Part shown: one piece after another, positions 48,516-61,899 of the stretch
Position numbering within the stretch: position 1 is the stretch's first letter
Layout of the letters: each line of letters starts with the position of its first letter
Assembly: GCA_040285855.1 (NCBI GenBank)
Contig: JAUFOQ010000006.1
Coordinates: 806,001 to 870,000 of the forward strand
Length of the DNA: 64,000 nucleotides
Origin: Eukaryota sp. GEM-RC1
Taxonomy: Eukaryota
Direction of reading: 5' to 3'
The notes under the pieces: generated by a model
Seen by the model: the letters and a program-made list of their open reading frames with translations, nothing else
Database searches by the model: none
Told to the model about the DNA's origin: nothing
Translations under genes and position numbers: made by a program

Positions 48516-51280
48516 CTACTCAATACTATCCAAAAGTTCAATAATATTTATGGTCCGATCACTGGTTTCTTCAGTGTGATCCTGATTAAGAAATTTGCTT
48601 TGGGATACACGCAGAAATTCAATAAAACGAACAAGTTTCAGACAGTATCTGTCATCACTACTGATTGAAACTAATTCCAAAAGTTTCATGAGATTGCTGA
48701 GTCCAATACAATTATTTTGGAGATTTACCATTGTCAACAAATTGTTGGTGTGAATTGCACCAATAACAATTGAGAAATCAGAATAAACAACTTTGCAATC
48801 CGCGAAATTAAAAGAAGTACAAGAATTGTTTACAGATAAATCAAGCAAAAGAGAAATAGACTCCGCAGTAAAGAGACAATTCTTCAAAACAATCTCTTTA
48901 ACACTGAATGAATCTGTAAAAGAGTGCAAATGGGACAGAACATCTGGACGATGTATGTCATAACTGTTAGATGCGAAGTGAAGAATACCGTTTTCAACAT
49001 CAATTAGGTGAGGTGAAATATCCAAATTAATGACTGATTTTTTTAATAGAAAGAATTTTAAATAAAGTGATGATTTCTTTAAGACTTGGGCGGACCAAAT
49101 CACCACAGGTTAGACGTTTAATATGAACATTTGATTTCACAGCATTCAAAAGTGAAAATAAGTCATAATTATCAATTCCATAATGATAATAAATAGTACC
49201 TTGGACACAATCAATAAAATGGGGGGCAATTGTAATAAATGGAGCTGAAGAACAAGCTGAAAACACTTCAAGCATGATTAGAATACATTTGAGGTCAAAA
49301 AAGTGTTCTTTAAAAAAGATTGTTTTAATAGAAGTATTGACTTTAACTGCACTTATTAACTTCGATACATCATTATGAGAAAGAGGAAAACAACGATCAT
49401 AAACAAAATCGGATTGCGTTTCTTGATCGAATCCCTTGGTAGCTCTAGAAATTCGAATTTTTGTAAATTCTATCGAAACCAAAGAATCACTGACCCTGAC
49501 CAAATCACACAAAGCATTCATTGAAGCGGCAGTAAAACTACCGCTTCTAAGTAGAAGTTTTTTGATACCAAAACTGTTGATAAACTTTTGAAGTAATGAA
49601 ACTTCGGGAGTCGATATTACTGAATAACTTTCATAGGAAAAGCAAAAGACTTGTCTTTCTACATTAATTGAATGTGGCCAAACATCAAGATTGACTAATG
49701 ATTTGTTAATGGAAACAATTTCAAATGCAGCAATAAGTCCTTTTAAATTTAATCTACTGACTCCACGACCTTCCACACGTTGAACGGGAATGTTTGACTT
49801 GAGGGCCTCTGATAGAGCAACTAAATCTTCGCTTTCAATCTTATTATCATAACGAATAATTCCCAGAGAAACATCAATGAAATGGGGGCAATTTTGAATG
49901 GAAAAATACCTTTCTTAGTTGTTAATGCATCAAAAATTAAAACTAAATGACCCAAATTAAATGGAGGAAAGTATACATTCTTTAAGGTCGAATTATTAAT
50001 CATTCCGGACAAGATTGTTTTGAACTGAGAGAAAGTAATAGAAAGTACATCAAAATGTAAAACAAGGAGACTCTCATTTCTGGTCAACATTTCGGATAGT
50101 GACTCAGCATCGTCATCACTTATAGATTCACCGCCAACAATTGCTAATTCTAACAGAGATGAATTGGATTTCAAAGATTCAAATACTGGTAGGTACGAAC
50201 CGGAGCAACTCTTTGAATCAATCACTAATTTGTTCAAGCAATTGTTGAAATTTAAAAATTCAGCAAACTTTTGAATTTCTAATCGATTTCGTCGGACAGT
50301 TACTTCCTTGAGAGAGGAATTCTTCATAAGTCCATCAATTACTAAAGAAGAAAGATGACAAGAAGATGGAAACTTGATAGTTTCGAGACAAGAACTGGAT
50401 AACAGTAGTAACAGACTATCTGAATTTCTGATTTTAAAATCAATTAAATCAATTGACTTAATGACAGAGCTATTTGAAAGTCCAGTAATCAGCGTCTTTG
50501 TTTCCTCGTCAGTCGGTATCTCCATCGTATACCGTGATGACAAAATTTTAACTTTCTTCAAAGTATTATTACTCCTAAATAACTTTGCAAGAGTCTCCAT
50601 CACAGACATGGATACATACTGAATCTCAAGAGTCATCTCTAAAACCGTAGTGTTGGAGGTTAAAGACATACAGAAAGCATCAAATATTTCAATAAATTTA
50701 CTAGCATAAAAATGAAGACACTTGAGCCGCTGTAAGAAGAGAGAAGAACGACAATCAAACAGCTCAGGTAATTTCAAAAAGTGATGTTTCCAGCCATTGC
50801 CAAAAAGAGATAATTGCAAGGTACTTAAAGCAGAAACAATTGGAGTAAACTCCATAACCTCTTCAAATTTAAAGGAGTCGTCAACGTACAAAAATATAGA
50901 CTGCGGTTTTGCTCCAAAGACAGAAACAATTGAGGAGAATTGAGGAAGTTGTCTATTGAGGATGGGCAAAGTAATTGTTTCAAAGTAGAATTTAACAGCT
51001 GGAAAAGTGCATTGCAAGAAGCATTGACTGACATGGCCAATTTTTCGAAAAAGGAAGTGTACAGAACTTTGACCATTTGACAGAGATCAGAGCCATTTTC
51101 ACCACGCCTGTCAATGAAAGGTTCCAGCAGGCATCTGAGATAGTGAACATTGACCAAAGTCAAAAGAGAGTTCTGAAAGTGGATATGATTTGAAGTTTTG
51201 TGGTAGAATGAAACCCTGGACAGCGTTGTGGGTTGGGAAGAAACAACAGAAGACGACAAGACAACATCATTGGAAGACAT
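48516..51280 (-). CDS. Divergent LRR-repeat family protein, copy 3 (more distant; three or more frameshifts)
   Basis: ORFs 50825, 49821, 49027 and 48516. Shared motifs IHFQNSLLTL.N.H, SL..NTTVLE, LDISPHLIDVENG and ALCDLVRV..SL.S..F. Confidence 0.7.
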
Positions 51281-51668
51281 GATATGAGTCTGATGTTTGA
51301 CAAGATTTCAGAAAAATCAAATCATTTGATGTACATACTATTGTAGAATCAACCAGAACATCAACTGCATGTGCATGTGCTTGTAGTTCACCAACAAGTT
51401 TGTGTACAGTCGCTATTTCCAAGCCCGAAATCCCGCTGAAAGACTCGATGAAAGTGTAGATAGGTGGTCAAGTTGCAATTAGTGGACCCACTTAGTAGGG
51501 TCCCAAGTAAAGAGTCATAACAAACTGTGACAGTCAAAACTTATATACACATAGAATTTCCCGCTACAAACAAATTTGACAATAAATTTGTAACTTCTGT
51601 GTAGAAATAAACATAAATTATGAGATTACTTAATACAAGTTTATTTACAGAAAAGTTAAACACAAAAG

Positions 51669-53467
51669 TTAAACATCAACCGGCAATTTCAAAGTCATTT
51701 TACAAGAGATAGACTCATTTCCTAAAGATTCTAAATTTGTTGAATTTCTTAGACAATTATTATCAGCGTCCAAAAGTTCAATATTAAATGATGGAATTTG
51801 CTCAACAAAACTAAGATTCTCCTTAATATTCTCCACAGTATCCGCATCATTCATTTTAAAACTCAAAATCTTATTTGAAAGAGTTGTAACAAAAACTTCA
51901 ATCGGAAGACACTCAATCAAAAACAACTGATTGTGACCCTCATGGAAATCCAAATCAGACATCATAACATGATCATCAAGTTGTTGTCCATGCATTACAA
52001 TTGATTGACACTCACATGCAATCGCAGTGAGCTCCTCCAATCTGACCTTCAAATCAGAGACAGTGATCAGCGATGACGATACAGGAATATCAATCAATGC
52101 TTCACTGTCGTCCTCAGAGCCTACCTTCCTAATCAGTTTGATTGTCAACTGTGATTTGACCGATCGTCTGGCAGACAGAGATGCAATCTGAGCTCTACTT
52201 TTCCTTACCATATGCAGAGTAGATCCACTTACGATTCCAACTTCCTTTACACTATCTCCATCACTCAAAACTGATCCGTTAAATATTAAAATTTGACGTT
52301 CGGCGGAGGCAACTTCAAATCGCTCGAGTTCAATTTTAATATTTTGAACTAGATCGTCATTAAACAGTTCCAGTAGAATTTCACGATTTCCACTCATTGT
52401 CTTAACTGTAATTGACACTGACTCCGACTCTTTTGGTGAGACAATTATAGTATCATCAGTAGAAATCTCATAAAACTCTAACAACTCATGACCACGAAGT
52501 TCAATAAGCTCTGAAGCAAACTCAATAAAGAGCGCAATCTCAGCAGCAGGAATCCCAATAAGAGGCTCAATCTGTTGCTTTACTTGGAAAACAGAGTTGG
52601 AGGCAATAACATCGAGAGGGAATGGGTGGAAATCATCAAGTCCAGATCTGAGCATAACCCCAATGCACTTCTCCATGAATACAACGCAATCCTTCTCAAT
52701 GTTGTAGAAAGATAAAGTCTTGGAATCCTCGAGGAGAGTGTTTCTGAACAGAAGAGACTGCTGAGAGGGTGCCACGTGGCATTTTGAGCGATTATGAGCT
52801 TCAGGGTTGATACTAGAGAAGACAAAGACACTTGGCATCTGAGCAGGGGTTTTTCGTCGGCTAGAGAGATGAAGATTGCAGTGTCTTCATCAGGACCATC
52901 GCAGAGAGAGTGTTCGTCTTTGTTCATATTGTAGACAGAGGAGTCGAGGAAGGGGGAATCAGCTGTGGGCAAGGGCTCGGCTTTTGGGAGGTTGACCTCA
53001 AGAGCAGAGACAATGGCATCAAGACGATCGTCTAGATGTTGTTGGAGAGTGGACATGGAAGTGTTGATGTGGTCCAGGAGTTCTTCTTTGAGTTGGTCAA
53101 TTTGAGAGGAAAACTCTGAAGTGGAAAGGAGGTCAGTTGGAAGTGATGGGATGGAAGGAGTTGTAGGGCCAGGACATGAGGGAATATGGTAGGGGAACTC
53201 ACATCTAGGAAGAGATGTGTCGCAATCTACACATCGGACTATAAGTTTGTCTAGTTCCTGCATTACAAAGAGAGGAGCTGGGTAGGAAATGTGATATTGT
53301 TGACATGCAGGACACACAGAAGCAGATAGAAAGCAATTCTTGCAGCACAATGCGCCACAAATTCCTGCAACGGGTTCATAAGCAGGTTGGTTGCATGCAG
53401 CACAAATCAACGATGGATGAACCTCTTGTTCATATTCAAATTGTTTAGAAGACTCGAGACCTGACAT
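51669..53467 (-). CDS. RING finger + TRAF-type Zn finger + coiled coil + five ubiquitin-like domains
   Basis: CAAC...CGALCCKNC...CPAC RING-like motif, LIVRCVDC...HIPSC, and a helical segment. A 1-nt correction in the A-run near 52783 joins ORF 52580 to ORF 51669, which has Ubl motifs (QQSLLF...LEDSKTLSFYNI; RQILIFNG..LSDG.SV.E.GI.SGSTLHMV; DTVENIKE). Confidence 0.8.
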
Positions 53468-53539
53468 AGAGAAAAAATTGTCAAAAACAATTGCAATTTG
53501 CAAGTGTACATCTACCTGGACACTTCTGTTCAGGAAACA

Positions 53540-53660
53540 TTTAGTGTCACTGCCGAGTTAGTCTCAGTACAACATTAGTCTCAATGAGATTTGGTGAGAC
53601 TAATTTTGGGATGACTAAATGATATTTTGAATACGGAATTAGTCTCAGTGAGACTACATT
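53540..53660. repeat. Cluster of ttagtctca/tgagactaa motifs, probable TIR-transposon subterminal region
   Basis: Motif repeated about five times in both orientations. Confidence 0.4.
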
Positions 53661-55740
53661 GTAATTGTTTCATGAAGTATAGATTGTTGTTGGCCAACCA
53701 GTATTTCTTCTGGAAATTTAAAAAGAATTACTTTTATCTGCTTGGGGACTTTATGGGGTTTAGATAATATACAATAGCATCGCTAAAGCGTTGACATAGG
53801 CGAAAACAAACCAGACTTCATTTTTGTTAGACAAAGTTACTTCTTTTAATAGAGAAATTTACTATAAGAAGGAGCAGAACTAATTGCTTGCACATCAACA
53901 GTTGTACTGGAAGTGCTGGAAAGATCGACGTCTCTCTATATTTCTATAGAATGCTTCAAGTTTAAATTACGCATCTTCTTCATTTTGAAATCAATAGAGC
54001 ATGATACAGATTATGCTCAAATTCAAATGATTTTTCAAGAAGTTTTAGTGATGCAATCGTTGAAGGTAATCATTGACATTCCATCAGTTTCCGAATTGTT
54101 ACTTGGATGCAGTGAACGCTAAACGTAACACGAGTGTTAGGAACTTTGCCGAATCGTAACACGCAATTATCTCTTGTTTGGGTTGTTTGGGTCCATTTTT
54201 GAACTCTGCTACAATTCTTGTACAGTCAAAATAGTATTTTACTAATACAGCTACAATGTAGAGTATTCATTTAAATAAATGAATTCTTTGGTGAGCTTAC
54301 AATAAATACAGTACTATACAAGTATTGTTAGTAACAATCTGTTATTGTCAACATCGCAATAAATTTACTGGTAGAATGTATACTATAGACACCATCTATA
54401 TTGTGAACGACAAAAATATTTGTTCCTGCTTTGTTATAAACAACGATACATGTACTAGTACTGGTATTTTGAAACTGAAAATTCAATTTTTCATATCGGG
54501 TTCACATTTTCCAGTGAGACTAATTAGTAATTCCAGAATTCATTCTAGTTATAATTGTACAAATTATGTTAAGTTATCTAGGGCGACGAATTTGTGCTCG
54601 TACTCGGTCTGTACACATTGAGTGCGAGCTCGAGTACAATTCGAATGCCATGAAAACTGTTAAATACTATTTTACCAATTGTAGTTCTATGATAAGTTGG
54701 TTCAACAAAAGCAGTAATTAGTTCCAATACATGAATTGCAACTAATTACTGCTTCCACTTGACATAATTCCTAAAATGATACAATGATCGAAAAAAATAC
54801 TCAGGTAAACTCTTCATCTAAGCTCAACTTCTGAGCGGCCTCCATAACGTGCTTCAAAAATCTATAAAAAATATAATATTAGGATACTTCCTCATGAAAA
54901 ACCAACTTGCACAATAATAACGTCCTTTGCAACTGTTATCGTAATAGCATTACTCGTTGTTCAAAAGGATTAGTTTTTATTTGTTGAGATATGAAATACA
55001 ATTACACTGCAAGATTACGCTTTTATCAGATAGTATAAATTAGCTTGAATTATCGCAGCATGAACAAGTATACTAGATTACTGTACTCATCCACAATTTT
55101 GAGTTGTTGTGTTCAAAAATTGGAAATAAGTACTAAAGACAAAGTGAGTGCGGTATCATACTTCGCACTTGGTAATTTAAAAATTATCGAATTGAATACT
55201 ACTAGTAAGTATTGCTGAAATGAAATTCAAAATTAAAATAAAAGACTAGGAAAACGATACAGGTTTATTTGTTTCTAACAAATACAAATAAAGACAGGTA
55301 CTGTAATATAAACTTATTTATTAAAGCAAGTACTGGACTGTAAAACACACTGAATAAATCCGATTCGAACACAAACAGCTCAATCATTAGTAGCTTCCAT
55401 CAACGTCAAGATTTGTAAAGAGAATCTATGGTTACCAATTTTCTTTAAGAAATAATCCTCCAGTTACTTCAACTTCTCATCTAATTTAAGAGGTTGTGAT
55501 TAGGTGACGGAACTCATAACGATGTTTAATTTAACCTTGATTGGTCAAGGTTCAACTTAAAAGGGTGTAGATTTTGCTGTTTTTCTTCTTCCACTACTAG
55601 TCCCACTGTCAGTTCATTTTCAGTGAAGAAGAAAGAAAATCTTCACGAAAATACTGACTAAATCATTCAGCGAATGTAAATTCCAATAGGAAATACATCT
55701 TCACATTCTATCTGGTATCCGAGTAGATTCGACAAAGTTA

Positions 55741-56366
<626 letters not shown>

Positions 56367-57371
56367 CTACTAGTAGTCCCAGGGATGACGAAAATTATAC
56401 TGCATTATTTATTGTATGTTTTCAATATTACAATAAAAGTATTGTGTGATTGCGAGTATCAAAATGAGAATATTGGTGTTGTTGCCCATTACGAAAAATA
56501 TATTGCACTTTGTTGCACTATTTGCAACAGTCTACAGAGATAGGAAATTGACGTACTGTATGTAGCACTGTTTGTTCCTGTTAGTGAATTGAGTGTCATT
56601 ATAATATATATACAGAAAGAATTAATGTTGGGTGAAACAGATCTTAGAGCAAAGTCGGTACCTTTATGAAGAGAGATTAATCTACAAACAAAGATTACCA
56701 TACAGAAACAGATCACCTGTTTAAACTCCGAATTATTATACAATTTTGAAACAAGTCGGATACAAGGACAAAGGCAAAAGATGGATTTGATGGTGTTCTT
56801 GTCTCAATGTTAGCCAAATGCTTTATAATGGATATGAAGCCTTTTATTTAGTTCATAACCTTTAACAAGTGACATCAATGTTGTTTGTTACAATTGCAAA
56901 GACAGAAAGAGCTCGTTTTCCAAAGATGCTGGGATATGCAACTTTGCATTCCTTAGCTATGAAGGGGAAGTTCCAATATATTAGATGATCTTCGATTATT
57001 TTTTGCAGAACAGTTTACGAAAATTTAGGATAATCATGTCAATTTGGATTTTCATAAGTTCGTTTATACATGCACTCTACTGTCTCACAGAGTCTAAAAC
57101 ACAAGGACCAACTTGTTCTGTGAAATACACGAGTCCAAATATTGCAATATATTGTAATAACTTCAGTCTTACAATAAATATATTGTACTAGTGAAACAAA
57201 CACAATATGTGTTGTAGTAATATTTATTGCAATGTATTGCACTATAATATATTTTTCGGCGTCCCTACAAGTAGTAAGTACAAATAGTAGAACTCAATAT
57301 CATTCAAGAAAACATTCATTGCCAGTAAAACTCACATCAGCTTTTTGTCCATACAAAACACTGAGAGCTAA

Positions 57372-57453
57372 TACTCTACAACATCATCTCATACAATGCC
57401 ACCCCCTAATTTTCGAGGTTTGGGGGTGGCGTTGTATTAAATGTTTTAGAGTA
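57372..57453. repeat. Imperfect ~80-nt hairpin
   Basis: atacaatgccaccccc pairs with gggggtggcgttgtat (15/16), and tactctacaacat pairs with atgttttagagta (12/13). Confidence 0.7.
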
Positions 57454-57469
57454 GAGCTTTTGAAATATC

Positions 57470-57835
57470 AATGGGAATTGTTTTACATATTGTATAGACA
57501 ATACGATTCAACCAACACTTAAAATCAAATTTCATGTTCTATATTTTTTCACAACTTTCTCAAAATCTCAGAGAAAACAAAGAGCATCTTTACCAACTAG
57601 AAGTCGACTATAAATTAAAATAGCAAAATGACATAATTTGTACTCAACATGTCTAAGGTGTTTCCAGAGCAGTCAAGGGAACATCGTATTTGTTTCTTTT
57701 AGATTGTCCTGAAAAGTTAAGAGAAGACACTTCAATTTTAGCCTCTTTTAATGCACTTTCATTGCAACCACCGTCAGTTCATCATTGACTGATGAAACGA
57801 TGACATCAGCTCTTCTTTTACCAAAAGTTCATGGA
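57470..57835 (-). mobile_element. RLE retrotransposon 3' fragment, same subfamily as 3620-4555
   Basis: Direct nucleotide similarity to 3770-4140 (acaatacgattcaacc...gagaaaacaaagagcatctttaccaa). Confidence 0.8.
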
Positions 57836-59300
57836 GAATCACACTTTTTCATCTCATAGTTGGTATAATCAAAAACCTGCAAAACCACCCCCTTTTAAGC
57901 GGTCTTCCTCCATTATTCGTAACGTCTATCGTTATGTTTATCTACTACAATAGTGTAGTTTATGATCCTCTACTTCTCATGACAAACGCAAGTGTCCGTT
58001 GCAGAATGCAACCGAGGATGATTCTACTATTGTTGCTGCTACCTTTTCTTTAGTTGATGAGTCTATTCCTTTGTTTGATTTCGGTAGCTCTATTGATGAT
58101 TCTTTTTTCAGAGGCACACTTATAAACATAATTGTAAATGATGTTTATAAGTAAATTTGGTTTATAGAGATTGACAATTTAGGTCAATAATGACAACACA
58201 TTAGAATCTTTGATTAATCCGTCTTTCCAATGAACTCAATTTTCATAAAAGACATCTCAATTACAGAATACATTACACATTACAAGACAGTACAATCAGT
58301 GACCAAATACACATCTTCAAGATGTCACGAATGCCAAGATCTAAGTGATGAAGGCAACCTTACTACTCAGAGAAAGCTTGACAACTGGTCGCAATTTAGC
58401 TGCCTTTGAATTTCTAGTTGTACATGCGAGGAACCAAAGCAAACGGCATCACGTCATCATGTTGATGCAGCCTGCATTCTCAAGAAAATAGCACCTATTA
58501 AGTTCGTCAGTATTGACTATATTGGTATTACTGATATTCGTTGATGGATATTCTACCAAAGGAAACCCACGCCATAATGCTATCTTAAAATTAAAATCAC
58601 AGTAGCTCAATTCCAGAATCTTTGAAAAATCACAACTTACTCTCAGAAGCAGGATATCCCAACAGTTCTGTGTGGCGTTTCCTCTGCAATTTGAGTATGA
58701 GGCGGTAGCAGGAAAGGAACTAAATCTGTCTGGCATTGAATTGCTTCAGAGTATAGATCCGCTGTTTGCTCCTCTAAAACAGAAAGAATATCAGTCAAAA
58801 GTTTACTTTTCTTTCTGTGCCAACTGTTTTTATCAGTGGTTGTCGAAATATTTAAGAGTAAAAGAACTGTTAAATAAAGGTACGGACACAATTGTTCCCA
58901 ACATACAGAGACCATTTTCTTCAAAAAGATTGAAGAGCACGAATTACTGGTGCAGTTTATATCTCAACAAATGACACGGATGCAAAGAGAAAAAAAAGGA
59001 ATTTATGCACCTTCAGAAGTAGATTTGATCCGAAAACTTGTCTGACGATCAGCAAAGCGACCATCATCTGTTGCAACTAGTGGTTCCACTAGTGGAATTA
59101 CGATTCATGGTACCAAACAAGCACTCTGTCTGATGATAGATATAGGTATTTACGCACCTAAATATACCTATATAAAAATAAAGTTTCCTGATAACTATAT
59201 ACTACTTGAAAAGATTAATAACATTGTTTCTATACATGCAAAGTTTGAACATTACGGTATAAGCACAGAACTTACAAGAACGAATCATATCCAAAAAAAT

Positions 59301-61551
59301 GACTAACGTGTTCCGAAAAATGTTGGACCGAAAAATAATGGTGGGAAATAATGTTGGTGTATTTGTCAGGAGATTCAGAAATTGCGCCATTTTATTTCGG
59401 TATTTTATAGTAAATAAACAAACATCAACTTTCTCCGAAAAAGAGACTTCGCCCAAATCCACCTTCTAGACATTATAAATTTCCATTTCCACATCGTCTG
59501 TTTTTTGTCTCCCAAAATCACACCGACTCTCATTAACGTCATGCCATTAAATTTTATATGATCACAAACTAACATAAACACAATTACTGTTACTTCTTAA
59601 GACATGTAGCTTTGTTGTGTCCGGGGATTCCACAGAGACTACACTTTCTTGATTCTTTAGGCTTTGGTTCTTGTTGTTGAACTTCAATCGTCCTTCTTTT
59701 TAGAGCAGCTGTAGGCCTTCTACCTTTCTGTCCTCTCACCTTTGCTGGTCTTCCAGGTGGTGGTTTGTTCAAGGGAGGCTCCACAATCCCTCGTTTCTCA
59801 ACCACATCATCGACACCAAATACTCTTCCCTTATACACCGATGCATATCTCAAACTACTGTGTAGTTCACTGCAATGACTATGACCACGAGATCCATGTT
59901 GCCTCAGAACATTCAAAGCATGCGTACATGGTATTCCTTCTCTCTTCCATTTACCACAACTACAATTACTTTCTTCAAAAGTATCTCCTACTGTCACCTG
60001 CATAAGTTTTCCATTGTCTCGCACTTCATACAGACCGCTATCGACTTTTGTAGCGTTGAGTTCTTGTTCTAGCACCTCTTTCATCCTCAAGTCCAGTTTT
60101 GTTTCTACTATTTCGGTTACTCCATTAGCGTTTTGAACTGCACATTCACGTCTAGTAATAAACCACTCAGCAATTTTAGACCTGATAGCATCCAACATTT
60201 GTGTAATAGGCAATTCCCTGGCATCACTTATGCAAGCGTTCATACTTTCAGCCAGGTTGGACGTAATCAATCCGTGACGATTCCCTGAAAATAGGCACTC
60301 TACCCAGTATTCTGGCTCCACATTCATTACATAGATCTTAGCTGCTTCTGATACTGTTCCAAGTTCTTCCAATAGTTTCTTAAATTCTGTTGTATTGGCT
60401 GCTCGAGCTAACTTATAAATATACGGTCGAGCATGTCTAGACCCCTTTCCCGTAGCATTTTCGGCGAGATGCCAAACGCAAAAAGCATGGTGACACAAAG
60501 GTAGAGCATCTTTAAGTGCTTTCAAAAGACCCTTCTGGCGATCTGAGATTACAGTAACATTTCGTTCAGATAAGCTGAAAACAGTGTCCAAATGCGAAAG
60601 GAACCAGAGCCAAGAATCATAAGATTCAGTTTCGACGACAGCATAAGCTAGTGGGAAGGTTTGTCCGTTGCCATCCAATGCAGTAGCTATTAAGATCATC
60701 CCCAAATATTGGGTACGGATGTAAGTCCCATCCACAAAGACAACCGGTTTGCAGAAAGGCCACCCCTCTATGCTTGGCTGCAGAGCAATAAAACACTTGA
60801 CAAACAAACCATCTTCAATATCTAGATCTGTGAAGGATCCTGGCATCGCATTTGATAAATTCTCGATGTAGGAGGGCAGGACAGCATATGAATCGGCTCT
60901 GGAACCATACAACAGTTTCTGAGCCAACTTGATGGTTCTATCGGCTTTCTTCCAGGATAAATCCATCTCGCTTGTTTTTACCAGACGTGACGGACTAAGA
61001 ACACTTTCTCGTCTAAAACTTTCCGAGTGAATTGCAGCAATAACAGCGGAAGGCAAAGTTGTCTTGGGAGCTCCTCCACAAAAACGTTTATGTTCTTCAA
61101 AGATCTTAACAGTCCATGTTTTCTCATCTTTAGAAGAAGCAAAGATACGAAAGCGACAGCTATCGTCAGTACATCTAGCACCGTATCTTGATTTATTATT
61201 GTTCTCTAGTGTAATCTCTCTATCCTCTTGAAGAGCATATTGGTGAATCTTAATAAGAAGGTCCAATTTGTTGTGAAAGATGTCACCAATATTGAAAGAC
61301 ACTGGTTGCGATGATTTGCAAGACTTAAGAGATATTTGCATTAGGGGTACCAAAAGAAGTGTAGAAGCTTGGTCTCAGGTTGAGTGACTGCGGAGATTCT
61401 TCCGATGTGGAAATGGAAATTAATGTTTCTATTGTGTGTTTTTGGTAGATTTCTCTCCGAAAAAGATGGTGGGAAATAATGTTGGTGATTTGGCTGAGAT
61501 TTGTGCCAAAAAACCGATTTATTCGGTCCAACTTTTTCAGAGCACGTTATC
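59301..61551 (-). mobile_element. Mutator-like (MULE) DNA transposon with imperfect long TIRs
   Basis: Left taacgtgttccgaaaaatgttggaccgaa is inverted relative to right ttcggtccaactttttcagagcacgtta. aatttccatttccacatcg is also inverted at about 59478 and 61403. No 9-bp TSD seen. Confidence 0.8.
59590..61341 (-). CDS. MULE/MuDR transposase (DBD, DDE, SWIM, CCHC)
   Basis: VFVDGT, ISDRQKGL, CVWH, TSNLAESMN, SWIM CSCGKW...GIPCTHA and C-terminal CSLCGIPGHNKATC. Uninterrupted ORF. Confidence 0.95.
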   Translation of the reverse strand: MQISLKSCKSSQPVSFNIGDIFHNKLDLLIKIHQYALQEDREITLENNNKSRYGARCTDDSCRFRIFASSKDEKTWTVKIFEEHKRFCGGAPKTTLPSAVIAAIHSESFRRESVLSPSRLVKTSEMDLSWKKADRTIKLAQKLLYGSRADSYAVLPSYIENLSNAMPGSFTDLDIEDGLFVKCFIALQPSIEGWPFCKPVVFVDGTYIRTQYLGMILIATALDGNGQTFPLAYAVVETESYDSWLWFLSHLDTVFSLSERNVTVISDRQKGLLKALKDALPLCHHAFCVWHLAENATGKGSRHARPYIYKLARAANTTEFKKLLEELGTVSEAAKIYVMNVEPEYWVECLFSGNRHGLITSNLAESMNACISDARELPITQMLDAIRSKIAEWFITRRECAVQNANGVTEIVETKLDLRMKEVLEQELNATKVDSGLYEVRDNGKLMQVTVGDTFEESNCSCGKWKREGIPCTHALNVLRQHGSRGHSHCSELHSSLRYASVYKGRVFGVDDVVEKRGIVEPPLNKPPPGRPAKVRGQKGRRPTAALKRRTIEVQQQEPKPKESRKCSLCGIPGHNKATCLKK

Positions 61552-61899
61552 AGTAGATTAAACCAACAGTTTAACTGTCTCAAGTAGGTGATTGAACATG
61601 AAAATTGAAAAGAAATTAAAGATAAATATACAGGGAATGACAATGTAGAAACTTTCTTCCAACATTTGGTAAAGAGAACAAATAGCGTCTTAACACTAAG
61701 AAAACTCGTAAGATCGATCAAACACTTCTCAGAAAAAAGTAGAAAGTACAAATGTATAACTCAATATTACTACAATGTTAAAATAACTGTAGGCTTGTAG
61801 AAGGAACCTTATAGTAGAAGGTGCAGGCAATTCAAGACAGATTGTAAGACTAGAATATTGTAGAATGTAGCCATTGAACTAGTGAAGAATAAGTAATGA

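Noticed and set aside
58449..59050. Overlapping short ORFs, possibly a decayed transposase
   Set aside because: Multiple stops and no convincing catalytic motif.
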